Source of the DNA: Nitrosopumilus sp.
GTDB taxonomy: Archaea > Thermoproteota > Nitrososphaeria > Nitrososphaerales > Nitrosopumilaceae
Assembly: GCA_965219345.1 (NCBI GenBank)
Contig: OZ244732.1
Coordinates: 224,001-288,000, forward strand
Direction: 5' to 3'
Length of the DNA stretch: 64,000 nucleotides
Below the pieces are notes generated by a model. The model ran no database searches. It worked only from the letters and a program-made list of their open reading frames with translations, and was not told the DNA's origin. The translations under genes and the position numbers were made by a program. Each line of letters starts with the position of its first letter. Positions within the stretch are counted from its first letter, which is position 1. This document shows, piece by piece, positions 1-10,046 of this stretch.

Positions 1-2
1 TT

Positions 3-152
3 TTGACAATCATACAAACCTTGGTAATTTGGATTAATGCAAGAAAACTAGGAGTAGCGTGTAGTGAAGAAATTCCAGAACCTATTCAAACTTATATCAA
101 TATCATGAAAATGCAGTTTGACATAGATTTTGAATATCTTTTAAAGGAATAA
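3..152 (+). CDS. 3' end of a hypothetical protein running in from the window edge
   Basis: Open frame from base 3 (LTIIQTLVIW...FEYLLKE*) ending in TAA at 150-152. Confidence 0.6.
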   Translation: MTIIQTLVIWINARKLGVACSEEIPEPIQTYINIMKMQFDIDFEYLLKE

Positions 153-192
153 TCTGTATAATCCTTTTATTCTGTTTTGAAATAAAAAGAAT

Positions 193-540
193 ATGGAGAC
201 TAGGATTAACATCAATGTTTCTGCAATAGATTATGATAAAACAAGTAAAGCATTAACTCAGCAGTTATCTCTTTTGGAAGAAGTGGCTCACAGTCAGGAA
301 GATTTTGTCATGACTGATTCAGAATTTGCTTTTGGTTGGCACTTTTTTGTATTAAGTGTAAACAAATCACTTGTTGAAAAATTAGTTGAAATGATGGGTA
401 CGGATTTTAATAAATTAAAGGGAAAAGGAATTGAAAAGAAATTTCTTACATGGTTAACAAAGAATGTAGAATCCAAATCTCCTCGGTTCAAGCTTGCTAT
501 CAAAGAAGAAATGGAATCTAGTAAATTCGGCATTTTCTAA
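193..540 (+). CDS. Hypothetical protein (115 aa)
   Basis: ORF with host-like codon usage filling the gap before the tRNA; no recognised domain. Confidence 0.75.
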   Translation: METRININVSAIDYDKTSKALTQQLSLLEEVAHSQEDFVMTDSEFAFGWHFFVLSVNKSLVEKLVEMMGTDFNKLKGKGIEKKFLTWLTKNVESKSPRFKLAIKEEMESSKFGIF

Positions 541-550
541 AAATTATGTA

Positions 551-623
551 GGCCCTCGAGGGGAATCGAACCCCTGTCCGGGGATCCACAATCCCCTATA
601 CTAGCCACTGTACTACGAAGGCC
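551..623 (-). tRNA. tRNA-His(GTG) with genomically encoded G-1
   Basis: Reverse complement GGCCTTCGTAGTACAGTGG...GGGGATTGTGGATCCCC...GGGGTTCGATTCCCCTCGAGGGCC folds as a cloverleaf; anticodon GTG, C discriminator. Confidence 0.95.
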
Positions 624-894
624 ACCAGAAAGAAAAATTATTAATCCCGTAATAATCTTTGATTTCCATCTAAAAATTATACTGTAGACTTATTATTGAC
701 TAGTTTGGATTTGAAATATGCGTTTGTGGTGGATTGCAATGGCAATAGCAATCGGACTTACATGGATAGGAATGAATTATTTACTTCCGTTCAAATAGCC
801 TCAAATTCAAGAATGTTTTTCAGTTTCACAACTAAAGTTTTCACACAAGTAATAGCGATCGCTTTAAATTTGTTGTACTAGGGTATTTTTCGAC

Positions 895-1917
895 TTGAAA
901 AAAGGATTCATTAGAAATAGATTACGTTCGAGTAGGAAATTGGCAGAGATTTCTGTCGATCGTAAAATTGAATCCATTCCAGGTGAAAAATTTGTATGGA
1001 TTAATTTACAAAATCCGGATAGAAAAGATGTTGAAAAATTAGCTGAAAAATACAATTTCAATAAATTAAACATTGAAGACTGTATGACCAAATTTGAACT
1101 TCCAAAGCTGGATAGCTATGATGATCATTTCTTTGTAATTCTACATTTTCCACCATTATCACAAAAAATAGAAATATCAAAAAATAGTCAGTTATCTATA
1201 TTCCTTGGAAAGGATTTCCTAGTCACAATCCATCAGGGAGATCTAAAACCTCTAGTTGAATTAGAAGAAATATGTAAAACAGGTTCAGATCAACAAAGAA
1301 AAGATAGACTATTAGGAAAATCCTCGGGAGCGCTGCTTCATGAAATCATTGATGTGCTGGTAGATGATCTTTTACATACTTCTAGAAAGATAATTGCAAA
1401 TCTAGATGAAATGGAAGATAGAGTATTTGATGAAAAAAAACCAGTAGCAAGAAGTATTGCTCTGCTTAGAAGAGAAATTAACAGATTAAGAAGAATTGTC
1501 AACCCATTAAAGAAATTTGTATTAGAAATTGCAAAAAACATTAAAAGATTTTCTGAGAGAGAGGATACAGAACTCACGTTATTTTTTGATGATATTATTG
1601 ACCACATAGACAAAGTAATTGAAACATTAGAAGAGTCAAGGGAGACCATGGAAATTTACAAAGATACAGACTTTGTGTTAAGCACTGAAAAAACAAACAA
1701 AGTACTTGCTGTACTAACTATTATCTTCACATTAGCAATTCCATCAACCGTAATTGGGACATTTTATGGAATGAATGTCAATTTGCCAGGTGGAAATGGA
1801 GATAATTTAATGATCTTAGGTCCGTTTTCAGCTTTCATAATCATTATTATTGCATCAGCTATTCCTGCGATCTTGATGTTTGCATATTTTAAAAAATTGG
1901 GTTGGATTAGCAGTTAA
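895..1917 (+). CDS. corA: CorA-family Mg2+/Co2+ transporter
   Basis: YGMN signature after first C-terminal TM helix, two C-terminal TMs, WINL..P N-terminal motif; exact start uncertain. Confidence 0.92.
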   Translation: MKKGFIRNRLRSSRKLAEISVDRKIESIPGEKFVWINLQNPDRKDVEKLAEKYNFNKLNIEDCMTKFELPKLDSYDDHFFVILHFPPLSQKIEISKNSQLSIFLGKDFLVTIHQGDLKPLVELEEICKTGSDQQRKDRLLGKSSGALLHEIIDVLVDDLLHTSRKIIANLDEMEDRVFDEKKPVARSIALLRREINRLRRIVNPLKKFVLEIAKNIKRFSEREDTELTLFFDDIIDHIDKVIETLEESRETMEIYKDTDFVLSTEKTNKVLAVLTIIFTLAIPSTVIGTFYGMNVNLPGGNGDNLMILGPFSAFIIIIIASAIPAILMFAYFKKLGWISS

Positions 1918-2012
1918 AACAAAAATGTTTGAATTTTTCACAAATTCCACTAAAATTATGGTAAATTTGAGCTAAGCACCCTAGATAAATATAAGAAGAT
2001 TTTACTTATTTT

Positions 2013-2282
2013 ATGGTCAAAATAAAAATCCGTTCCGGAAGAGGAACTAGAGTTATTGATGTTGACAGTGATGCTACAAAATGGACTGGTGCTGAGTTTA
2101 AGGCAATCCAAGAAGCAAGAAAGAAGGCAGCAGGAAATGTATCCATCTCTGGCAGTAGAGGAACTAGTAGAAGAAAATTAAGTGATATTCCTGAGCCAAA
2201 AAAACGATCCAGTACAGTTGGAATGACCAGAAGTACAGGCAGAGGAACTGGCACAAGGAAAAGTCGAGGCAGCAAGAACTAA
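2013..2282 (+). CDS. Small basic (R/K/G/S-rich) hypothetical protein
   Basis: 89-aa ORF with TATA-like ATAAATA about 25 nt upstream and T-rich tract downstream. Confidence 0.65.
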   Translation: MVKIKIRSGRGTRVIDVDSDATKWTGAEFKAIQEARKKAAGNVSISGSRGTSRRKLSDIPEPKKRSSTVGMTRSTGRGTGTRKSRGSKN

Positions 2283-2343
2283 TTCAAAAACCATTATTTT
2301 TTAATTTAGATTTTTTATTTTTTAATTAGAATTGTTGATTTTG

Positions 2344-3009
2344 CTATATTTTGATGTCAGGATTTTCAGATTTGAGCTTTTCCCAATCCGCAAGAAAGTT
2401 TTCTAAACCAATTTTTGTCAACGGATGTTTCATCATCTTGTCCAAGACTGCAGGAGGCAAGGTTACTACATCTGCCCCAATTTTTGCAGCATCAATTACA
2501 TGTACCGGATGACGAATGCTTGCAACAAGTATCTTAGTTCCAAAATTATAATTGGAAAATATTTCTTTGATTTCTTTAATTATATGCATTCCATCTGCCC
2601 CGATATCATCAAGTCTTCCAATAAATGGACTAACATATTTTGCACCAGATTTTGCAGCAAGCAAAGCTTGGTTTGGAGAAAATATCAGTGTAACGTTAAC
2701 AGGAATTCCCTCTGATGAAAGTGATTTGCATGCCTTCAAACCATCAGGAGTCATAGGGACTTTAACGACAACATTATCGCCATATTCACGAAGACGTTTG
2801 CCTTCTTCCATCATTCCAGAATATTCTGTACTTACAACTTCAAGACTTACATCACCTTTGATAATTTTTGTAATCTCTCTCATTGCATCCTTGGGATTGC
2901 CACTTTCTTTAGACAATAGAGAAGGATTAGTTGTGATTCCATCAAGTAATCCCATATCATTGAATTTTCTAATTGATTCTAGATTAGCAGTATCAAGAAA
3001 TATTTTCAT
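2344..3009 (-). CDS. tal: Transaldolase (Fsa/TalC family)
   Basis: MKIFLDTAN, GITTNPS, VVVKVP, YVSPFIGRLDD, ASIR motifs. Confidence 0.95.
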   Translation of the reverse strand: MKIFLDTANLESIRKFNDMGLLDGITTNPSLLSKESGNPKDAMREITKIIKGDVSLEVVSTEYSGMMEEGKRLREYGDNVVVKVPMTPDGLKACKSLSSEGIPVNVTLIFSPNQALLAAKSGAKYVSPFIGRLDDIGADGMHIIKEIKEIFSNYNFGTKILVASIRHPVHVIDAAKIGADVVTLPPAVLDKMMKHPLTKIGLENFLADWEKLKSENPDIKI

Positions 3010-3980
3010 AACTTTTTATTCCTAATTTCTTTGACTTGTTTTGCCATATTAAAAGCTGTTATTCCATGCTTCTCTAAAAGTAAGGGAACCTCATTATCTC
3101 TAGCAGATTCTCCAAACATATCCTGAGCCCCAATTCTCTTTATGGGTACAGGATATGATTCAGAAACAGATTCTGCAACAGCAGAACCCATTCCGCCAAG
3201 AATATTATGCTCTTCAGTGGTAACTATACAACCTGTTTCCCTTGCTGCTTTTTCTAAAATTTCATTGTCAATTGGCTTTATTGAAAACATGTCCAAAACC
3301 CTACAGGAGATTCCTTCTTGCTGTAATGATTCAGCCGCATCTAACGCCATTCTAACAGTAATCCCACATGCTACAATGGTACAATCAGAACCATCTCTCA
3401 GAGCAATACCTCTTCCAATCTGAAAATCTTGAGATTCTGAATGAACTATAGGAGTTTTTGATCTTGCCATTCTCATGTAAAAAGGGCCATATTCATTTGC
3501 CATTAAATGAGTCAATTTAGAAACCGAAATTGTATCAGCCGGAATAAAAACTCGGAAATTAGGAATAACTCTCATTATCGCAATATCTTCAATTTGTTGA
3601 TGTGAACCTCCATCAGGTCCAACAGATAAGCCTCCATGAGACACAACTAATTTCACATTAAGGCCTTTCTTGCCTTGTGGTGAAGGATAAGCAATATTAT
3701 TTCGAATTTGATCAACCGCTCTTCCTGGCAAAAATATTGCATAAGTACTAGCAAAAGAAATTTTTCCAGATGCTGCTAATCCAGCGGATACTGTAACAAG
3801 ATTTGCCTCAGCAATACCGACATTAAAGAATCTGTCAGGAAACTCTTTTCCAAAACCAGAGGTCTTCAGTGAATCGGTCGTATCAGCACCCAAAACTACA
3901 ACATTTGGATTCTCTTTTCCAACCTGAATCAAAGTTTTGGAATATTCTGAACGCATATCAGCCATTATTGGTTCATTCAA
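3006..3980 (-). CDS. Transketolase C-terminal subunit
   Basis: NVGIAEANL, GPDGGSHQ, TTEEH...GGMGSAV motifs. Confidence 0.95.
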   Translation of the reverse strand: MNEPIMADMRSEYSKTLIQVGKENPNVVVLGADTTDSLKTSGFGKEFPDRFFNVGIAEANLVTVSAGLAASGKISFASTYAIFLPGRAVDQIRNNIAYPSPQGKKGLNVKLVVSHGGLSVGPDGGSHQQIEDIAIMRVIPNFRVFIPADTISVSKLTHLMANEYGPFYMRMARSKTPIVHSESQDFQIGRGIALRDGSDCTIVACGITVRMALDAAESLQQEGISCRVLDMFSIKPIDNEILEKAARETGCIVTTEEHNILGGMGSAVAESVSESYPVPIKRIGAQDMFGESARDNEVPLLLEKHGITAFNMAKQVKEIRNKKL

Positions 3981-5653
3981 ATGTATCCCGACTCCCGTGC
4001 AATTTTTTTAATTTGTTCCTGTTTTTCTCCTACAACATGCAGACCAATCCATTTGTTTACTAAATCAGCCCCACCTAATTCGTTGGCTTTATCAAGCAAA
4101 GCACTTCTTCTGGATTTTAAAGTCTCATTTCTAAATTCCCTGATTGCTGCCCGCACATCTTGCTGTCCAGCAATGGCACCACCTCCAACAAAGACACGGG
4201 CACCATCTGCAAAAATTGAGCCGATATTTTCAAGATTTACTCCCCCATCAGCCTCAATATAGCCTGAAAAATTATGTTCATTTAGAATAGGATTCAATCT
4301 AGCTATCTTTGCATGTGTTTCTTCAATGAATTTCTGACCGGATTTTCCAGGAACTACAGACATTACAATTAGTTGATCAAGTGAAGGTAAGAATTTGTAA
4401 GACCATTCAGGTAATTCAGTGTCAGGGTTTATTGCAAAACCCACACCGACTTGATTTTGTTTTAGTAAATCATGAATTTCTCCAAAACTGGATTCATCAG
4501 TTACTTCAGCATGAATTGTAATAATGTCACTACCTGCATCAATATAATCTCTGACGTGTTTTACAGGTTCATTTATCATCAAGTGTGAATCAAATGGAAT
4601 TGCAGTAAGAGGCCTTAGTTCTTTGACTTTAGTATGATCAAAAGTTTTGTTTGGAACAAATTGACCATCCATTACATCAAGATGAATATAGTCAGCTCTT
4701 CCAGAAACACATCTTTTAATTTCATTTGCCAGATTTGTCATATCGCCGGCAATGATAGATGGAGCAATCATGAATTGTGAGTTCAGTTCATGATTAATTA
4801 TAGGGACTATATCAGAGTCAGGAGCTTTTCCATGCCATTGTGGGTTATCCTCCATATGTTCTACGGATTTGCCTTTAATTGTTCTTGAAATTATTATGGT
4901 AGGTATTCCTTTTGTTGCATTTGCTTTTGCAATGGCAGCATCAATTTGTTCAACTCTATGTCCATCAATTTCAATGACGTTCCATCCAAAGGATCTCCAT
5001 TTATCACCAGTCTTCCAACGGGATGCGTCTTTCCACATTTCAGAAAGATCATCACCTTCTAACTTTTCATCTAGTGGCATTATTTGTTCAGTATAGGAAT
5101 CTTGTTGAATGAAATTTCTATCAAGAAAAGCAGTAAGATTATCAACCTTGTATTTTGCAGCCGTCATTGCAGCCTCCCAAATTTGACCCTCGTTTGATTC
5201 TCCGTCTCCAATGATAGTGTAAACGTGATAATCTTTGGAATTAATTTTTGCAGCAAGTGCAACTCCTACAGAATAAGATAATCCAGTGCCTAAAGATCCA
5301 CCGCAGAATTCCACACCTGGGCATTTTAGGTCAGGATGCCCTTGTAATCTACTACCAAATTTTCGTAGGGTTTCAAGTTCAGATTCTGGGAAATATCCTG
5401 CAACTGCCATGTTTGAAAATAAACCAGGAGCAGCATGGCCTTTGGATAAAACTAAACGATCCCTGTCTTCCCACTGAGGATTATTAGGATCAAATTTCAA
5501 GTATTTGTAGAATAAACAGCCCAAAATTTCTGCCATAGAGAAAGAGCCTCCAGGATGGCCTGAACCAGCAATATTAGTTCCCTTAATCACTAATTTTCGG
5601 GCTCGAAGAATATTCTTCTTAATTTGATAATAATTAAGCCCCATCTTGATCAT
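3977..5653 (-). CDS. Transketolase N-terminal subunit fused to ribulose-phosphate 3-epimerase
   Basis: GHPGGSFS, LSKGH, GDGESNEG (TPP motif), followed in frame by IAPSI, HLDVMDGQFVPN, DSHLMI, MSVVPG, ADGG (Rpe). Confidence 0.93.
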   Translation of the reverse strand: MIKMGLNYYQIKKNILRARKLVIKGTNIAGSGHPGGSFSMAEILGCLFYKYLKFDPNNPQWEDRDRLVLSKGHAAPGLFSNMAVAGYFPESELETLRKFGSRLQGHPDLKCPGVEFCGGSLGTGLSYSVGVALAAKINSKDYHVYTIIGDGESNEGQIWEAAMTAAKYKVDNLTAFLDRNFIQQDSYTEQIMPLDEKLEGDDLSEMWKDASRWKTGDKWRSFGWNVIEIDGHRVEQIDAAIAKANATKGIPTIIISRTIKGKSVEHMEDNPQWHGKAPDSDIVPIINHELNSQFMIAPSIIAGDMTNLANEIKRCVSGRADYIHLDVMDGQFVPNKTFDHTKVKELRPLTAIPFDSHLMINEPVKHVRDYIDAGSDIITIHAEVTDESSFGEIHDLLKQNQVGVGFAINPDTELPEWSYKFLPSLDQLIVMSVVPGKSGQKFIEETHAKIARLNPILNEHNFSGYIEADGGVNLENIGSIFADGARVFVGGGAIAGQQDVRAAIREFRNETLKSRRSALLDKANELGGADLVNKWIGLHVVGEKQEQIKKIARESGYI

Positions 5654-5720
5654 TGTTTTTGTAAATTTAATAAAAATCTATTTCTGTAAAATTTTAATTT
5701 GATCGTCGCTAATAGGTATT

Positions 5721-6098
5721 ATGGAAATAGAAGAAAATGTTCCAATTGTAGTTTTTGATAATCAGTGTTACCTGTGTGTAAAATTTGCGAAATTTGTTGA
5801 TTTTTTTGCAAGAGGTAAAATGACAATGGTAGGACATTATTCAGATTTTGGAACAAAGATAAGAAATGAAATTCTAGGTGAATCTGCCTTAGACATGTTT
5901 TGGTTTATTGATAAAGAAAGGGCATATGGCGGAAGAGCAGCATTATTTCCATTAATGAAATCAATTTTTTCTAAAAAAACAGAAAAATCATCATCTATGA
6001 GAGTTGATGAAAATTGTCAGCAAGACTGCAGAACTGTTAAAGCGGTTTTTTTGAGGTCGTCAAGTCTGTTCACAAATAGCAAAAAAATAGATCTCTAG
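5721..6098 (+). CDS. DCC1/DUF393-like thiol-disulfide oxidoreductase
   Basis: N-terminal VVFDxxCxxC motif. Confidence 0.7.
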   Translation: MEIEENVPIVVFDNQCYLCVKFAKFVDFFARGKMTMVGHYSDFGTKIRNEILGESALDMFWFIDKERAYGGRAALFPLMKSIFSKKTEKSSSMRVDENCQQDCRTVKAVFLRSSSLFTNSKKIDL

Positions 6099-6199
6099 CA
6101 TATCTAAATAAATGACCCAATAGCCCATTTATTTTGAAAATAAAAACAAGTTTATCGACAATTAAGATTGATTTTAGATTATTTGCAAAGCCTGTAAAA

Positions 6200-6337
6200 C
6201 TAATAACCTCTACTATTTCTATCAGGTTTGCCAACATTTGGATTTCTAAAACCATGTTTTTCCATCATATGATTTAAAAATCTAATATCATCTGAAAATG
6301 CTTCACCGCATACAGTGCAATTTTGCATTGAAATCAT
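6200..6337 (-). CDS. Small C2H2 zinc-finger protein (45 aa, below ORF-track cutoff)
   Basis: Manual translation MISMQNCTVCGEAFSDDIRFLNHMMEKHGFRNPNVGKPDRNSRGY*, matching C-x2-C-x3-F-x5-F-x2-H-x4-H. Confidence 0.7.
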   Translation of the reverse strand: MISMQNCTVCGEAFSDDIRFLNHMMEKHGFRNPNVGKPDRNSRGY

Positions 6338-6386
6338 AATCAAACCAATTTATTGAATATTAAAAGATTGATTAAGAAATTAGAAA

Positions 6387-6503
6387 ATGCCAGCACTGCT
6401 GCTTCCCAAGGGCTCTCGCATCTTAGTAGCACAACAGCGACGTCAGGTTTGACTTCCAAGTTCGGAATGGGATTGGGTCGCACCCTAACGCTATGGCCGG
6501 CTT
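6387..6503 (-). rRNA. rrf: 5S rRNA (stand-alone)
   Basis: Reverse complement GCCGGCCATAGC...CCCATTCCGAAC TTGGAAGTCAAACC...GGGAAGCAGCAGTGCTGGCA carries conserved 5S motifs and a terminal stem; ends approximate. Confidence 0.93.
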
Positions 6504-6596
6504 GAAAAATGATGTCAGATTCTCATCTATTAACGTAACGAAAGATCCAAATGTGTTCAAAATAGGTATAAAGCAAAGAAAATACCGAGTTACGAC

Positions 6597-8384
6597 ATGA
6601 CACACAGAGTTGCTGTTTTAGATAAGGAGTTATGCCAGCCAAAAAAATGTGGTTTAGAGTGCATAAAGTACTGTCCAGTCAACAAATCAGGCGCGGATTG
6701 TATTGTTCTAAATGAAGAATCCAAAAAAGCCCAGATCGACGAAGATATCTGTAATGGTTGTGGAATATGCGTCAAAGTATGTCCATTTGATGCAATAACT
6801 ATTGTCAATCTTGCAAGTGAACTAGCTACAGACAAAATTCATCAATATGGTCCAAATTCATTTAGACTATTCAGATTACCTACTCCAAAAACAGGAGAAG
6901 TTGTTGGACTGCTAGGAAGAAATGGAATGGGGAAAAGTACGGTGGTAAACATATTATCAGGAAACTTAAAACCGAATCTTGGAAGATATGAAAACCCACC
7001 TGAATGGGATGAGATCTTAAAATATTATAGTGGAACTGAACTTAAACAGCATTTTGAAAAGATTGAACAAAAACAAATTTGTGCATCAATAAAACCACAA
7101 CAAGTTTATCAGATTACAGAAGCATTTGGCGGAACAGGAAAAGAACTTCTTGACAAATATGATGAAAGGGGTGTATCTAGAGAATTAATCAAAGAGTTAG
7201 GACTAGAAAATTCTATGGAGCAAAGTTTGAAGGAACTTAGTGGAGGCGAACTACAAAGAATAGCAGTAGCAGTAGCTGCAGCGAAAGATACAGAATTTTA
7301 TTTTTTTGATGAGCCATCATCATACAATGATGTTTTTCAAAGAATTGGAGTTGCCAGAGTAATCCAGAGTTTAGCTAAAATTGGAAAAAGTGTCATGGTA
7401 GTTGAACATGACCTGACATTACTAGATTTTCTCAGTGACTTTGTAGAAGTATTATACGGCGAACCTGCCGCATATGGAATTGTTTCAAATGTTCTATCTA
7501 CTAAAGTAGGAATCAATGTTTTCCTTGATGGGTATTTGCCAACCGAAAATGTCAGATTTAGAGATAAGAAATTTTCTTTAGACGTATCTTCTTCGCCAAC
7601 TGACATATTTCAAGAAGGGAGTGACGTTGTAACTTACCCAAAACTTGAGAAAAAATATTCTTCATTTTCAGTAACTATTGAGCCTGGTCGGGTGAGAAAA
7701 GGGGAAGTTTTAGGCATAATGGGAGGAAATGCTCTAGGAAAGACAACTATGATGAAGATGATTGCAGGAGTTGAAAAACCAGACTTTGGCAGTATTGATA
7801 AAAAAATAAAGATAGCATACAAACCACAGTATCTTCAAAATGATATTGATGTAGAAGTTATTGCATTGTTAGAAAAAGCAAATGGAAATCCAATTGAAGG
7901 AAGCCTTGAAGAAGAGCAGATACTTGAGCCATTAAAAATTAAAAAAATCTACAATAAATCTGTCAAGAATCTTTCTGGGGGAGAATTACAAAAAGTTGCG
8001 GTTGCATCCTGTCTGTTACAAAAAGTGGATCTGTATGCATTAGATGAGCCCTCAGCATTTTTAGATGTAGAAGATAGAATTGCAGTTGCAAAATTTTTAC
8101 AAAAGTTTGTTCGTTCTTTTGGAAAATCAGCAATGGTAATTGATCATGATTTGCAGTTGATGGATCTAGTTTCCGATACAATGATAATCTTTGAAGGAGA
8201 ATCAGGAGTAATTGGCCAAGCTACAGCTCCAATGCCAAAAGCTGACGCTATGAATAAATTTCTAAAATCACTGGATATGTCCTTTAGAAGGGATGAAAGA
8301 AGTCTCAGACCCCGTGTAAACAAATTGGAAAGTAGATTAGATAAAGATCAAAAGGCATCAGGAAATTACTATTACAAGAATTGA
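6597..8384 (+). CDS. rli1: ABCE1/RLI1 ribosome-recycling ATPase
   Basis: N-terminal 2x[4Fe-4S] Cys clusters, two ABC domains (GRNGMGKS, LSGGELQ twice), C-terminal RPRVNK. Confidence 0.97.
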   Translation: MTHRVAVLDKELCQPKKCGLECIKYCPVNKSGADCIVLNEESKKAQIDEDICNGCGICVKVCPFDAITIVNLASELATDKIHQYGPNSFRLFRLPTPKTGEVVGLLGRNGMGKSTVVNILSGNLKPNLGRYENPPEWDEILKYYSGTELKQHFEKIEQKQICASIKPQQVYQITEAFGGTGKELLDKYDERGVSRELIKELGLENSMEQSLKELSGGELQRIAVAVAAAKDTEFYFFDEPSSYNDVFQRIGVARVIQSLAKIGKSVMVVEHDLTLLDFLSDFVEVLYGEPAAYGIVSNVLSTKVGINVFLDGYLPTENVRFRDKKFSLDVSSSPTDIFQEGSDVVTYPKLEKKYSSFSVTIEPGRVRKGEVLGIMGGNALGKTTMMKMIAGVEKPDFGSIDKKIKIAYKPQYLQNDIDVEVIALLEKANGNPIEGSLEEEQILEPLKIKKIYNKSVKNLSGGELQKVAVASCLLQKVDLYALDEPSAFLDVEDRIAVAKFLQKFVRSFGKSAMVIDHDLQLMDLVSDTMIIFEGESGVIGQATAPMPKADAMNKFLKSLDMSFRRDERSLRPRVNKLESRLDKDQKASGNYYYKN

Positions 8385-9216
8385 CTCGAATGTTAAAAAA
8401 GGTACTGGAGGATAATCTCACACCAAAAGAAAGTGATGAGTTAATCTCAGCCTTTGATCAGATTGGAGACATAATCGTTGTAAGAATTCCTGATTCACTT
8501 TTATCAAAGAAAAAAATCATTGGCGAGACTTTACTAAACGAAGTAAAAGTTGCTAGAAGTGTTTTTATCAAGCATCAGATGTAGAAGGAGATTTTCGTAC
8601 AAGAAATCTGGAGATTCTTGCGGGGGAAGACAACACTGAAACAGAATACAAGGAATTTGGCTGTAAATTTCTAGTGGATGTTGAAAATGCATTTTTTTCA
8701 CCTAGGCTTTCTACAGAGAGGGAAAGAATTGGAAATTTGATTCAGGATGGAGAGATAATGACCAATATGTTTGCAGGAGTGGGAATGTTTTCTATAATGG
8801 CTGCAAAAAAGAAAAAATGCACTGTTTACAGCCTTGACATAAACCCAGCCGCATCAAAGTTATGTGTAAAAAATATCGAATTAAACAAACTTGCTGGAAA
8901 AGTAATTTCCATAAACGGTAATGCATCAGAAATTATCAAAGAGCAATTAGTTGATAAATCGGATAGAACGTTGATGCTGTTACCTGAAAGATCTGATGAA
9001 TTTTTAGAATCTGCAGTCAGTACAACTAAAAATGGAGGAATGATTCATTATTATTCACATATTCATGCTGACAAAAAATCAGAAGCTGGAAAACTTTCAG
9101 AAGAACATTATCTTCAAGTTACATCTGTACAGTCAGAAATTCTAGGTTCAAAAATTGTCAGAGCAGTGGGTCCCAGATACTATCAGACAGTAGTAGATGT
9201 AAAAATTTCAAAGTAA
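8381..9216 (+). pseudogene. Trm5/TYW2 (Met10+) family tRNA methyltransferase with a -1 frameshift (possible sequencing error)
   Basis: ORFs 8381-8584 and 8674-9216 join if one T is added to the T5 run at 8562-8566 (VFYQASDVEGDFRTR...FFSPRLSTER...MFAGVG). Confidence 0.8.
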
Positions 9217-9217
9217 A

Positions 9218-9436
9218 CTAATCATCTGATGTGATTGATGCAGATGAAGGTTTTGTTGTTGCCATAACATATCCAATCCATGCAATTATTCCAAGAATAC
9301 CTCCTGCAATCATCAATACAGACAATTGCAACATAATGGGACTCCATTCAGAGAGCATTAACAAATATGCATAAAGAAAGAATGCAGCAATACAAAGCAC
9401 AAAAATGGTAATACCCATTCCTTTACGCTTGTTCAT
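9218..9436 (-). CDS. Small two-TM membrane protein
   Basis: 72 aa with two hydrophobic helices. Confidence 0.7.
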   Translation of the reverse strand: MNKRKGMGITIFVLCIAAFFLYAYLLMLSEWSPIMLQLSVLMIAGGILGIIAWIGYVMATTKPSSASITSDD

Positions 9437-9473
9437 GAAAAAGAATTTTTCGTGAGTTATTTATTGGTTTGAA

Positions 9474-9992
9474 CTAATCTAATTCAATTGCCATAAGGTA
9501 TGCATCCTCACCATCTCGATAGTAGGCATTTAGTTGTTGTCTGATTACAAATCCAAGTTTTTCATACATTCTCACGGCCTCATTGTTACTACACCGTACT
9601 TCAAGGTGGAATTCGTCACATTTTTTTGATTTTATGCCCTTGATGGATTCTTCAACAAGTACACTTCCAATTCCTTTCTTTCTATAATCATCAAGAACTG
9701 CAACAGACACCATATGACCTTTTTTGACAAAACCTAATTTCTTAAAATTTGAAAAACCATATTCGGTTTTACACATAATATAACCAACATGTTTTCCTCC
9801 AATTTCTGCAACTATGAATGCCTCAGGAATTTCTGCAAGTAAGCTTTCATAGAAATAATCAGAATAATGCTCAGGAAGTGTCTTCAAATTAATTTCCATT
9901 ACAGGAATCAGATCGCTTATTTCTGCTCGTCTAATACTGCAGTCATCCAATTCTCTGAGAATTACTTGCATGAAATGTGATATATGCATCAA
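9474..9992 (-). CDS. Ard1/RimI-type N-alpha-acetyltransferase (GNAT)
   Basis: LPEHY, SVAV...RKKGIG, LEVRCSN, YYRDGEDAYLM motifs. Confidence 0.92.
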   Translation of the reverse strand: MMHISHFMQVILRELDDCSIRRAEISDLIPVMEINLKTLPEHYSDYFYESLLAEIPEAFIVAEIGGKHVGYIMCKTEYGFSNFKKLGFVKKGHMVSVAVLDDYRKKGIGSVLVEESIKGIKSKKCDEFHLEVRCSNNEAVRMYEKLGFVIRQQLNAYYRDGEDAYLMAIELD

Positions 9993-10046
9993 TATTTAAT
10001 TTTAAACCAGAAAACCATTTAATGGAAAGACTTAGTCTTAAACAAG

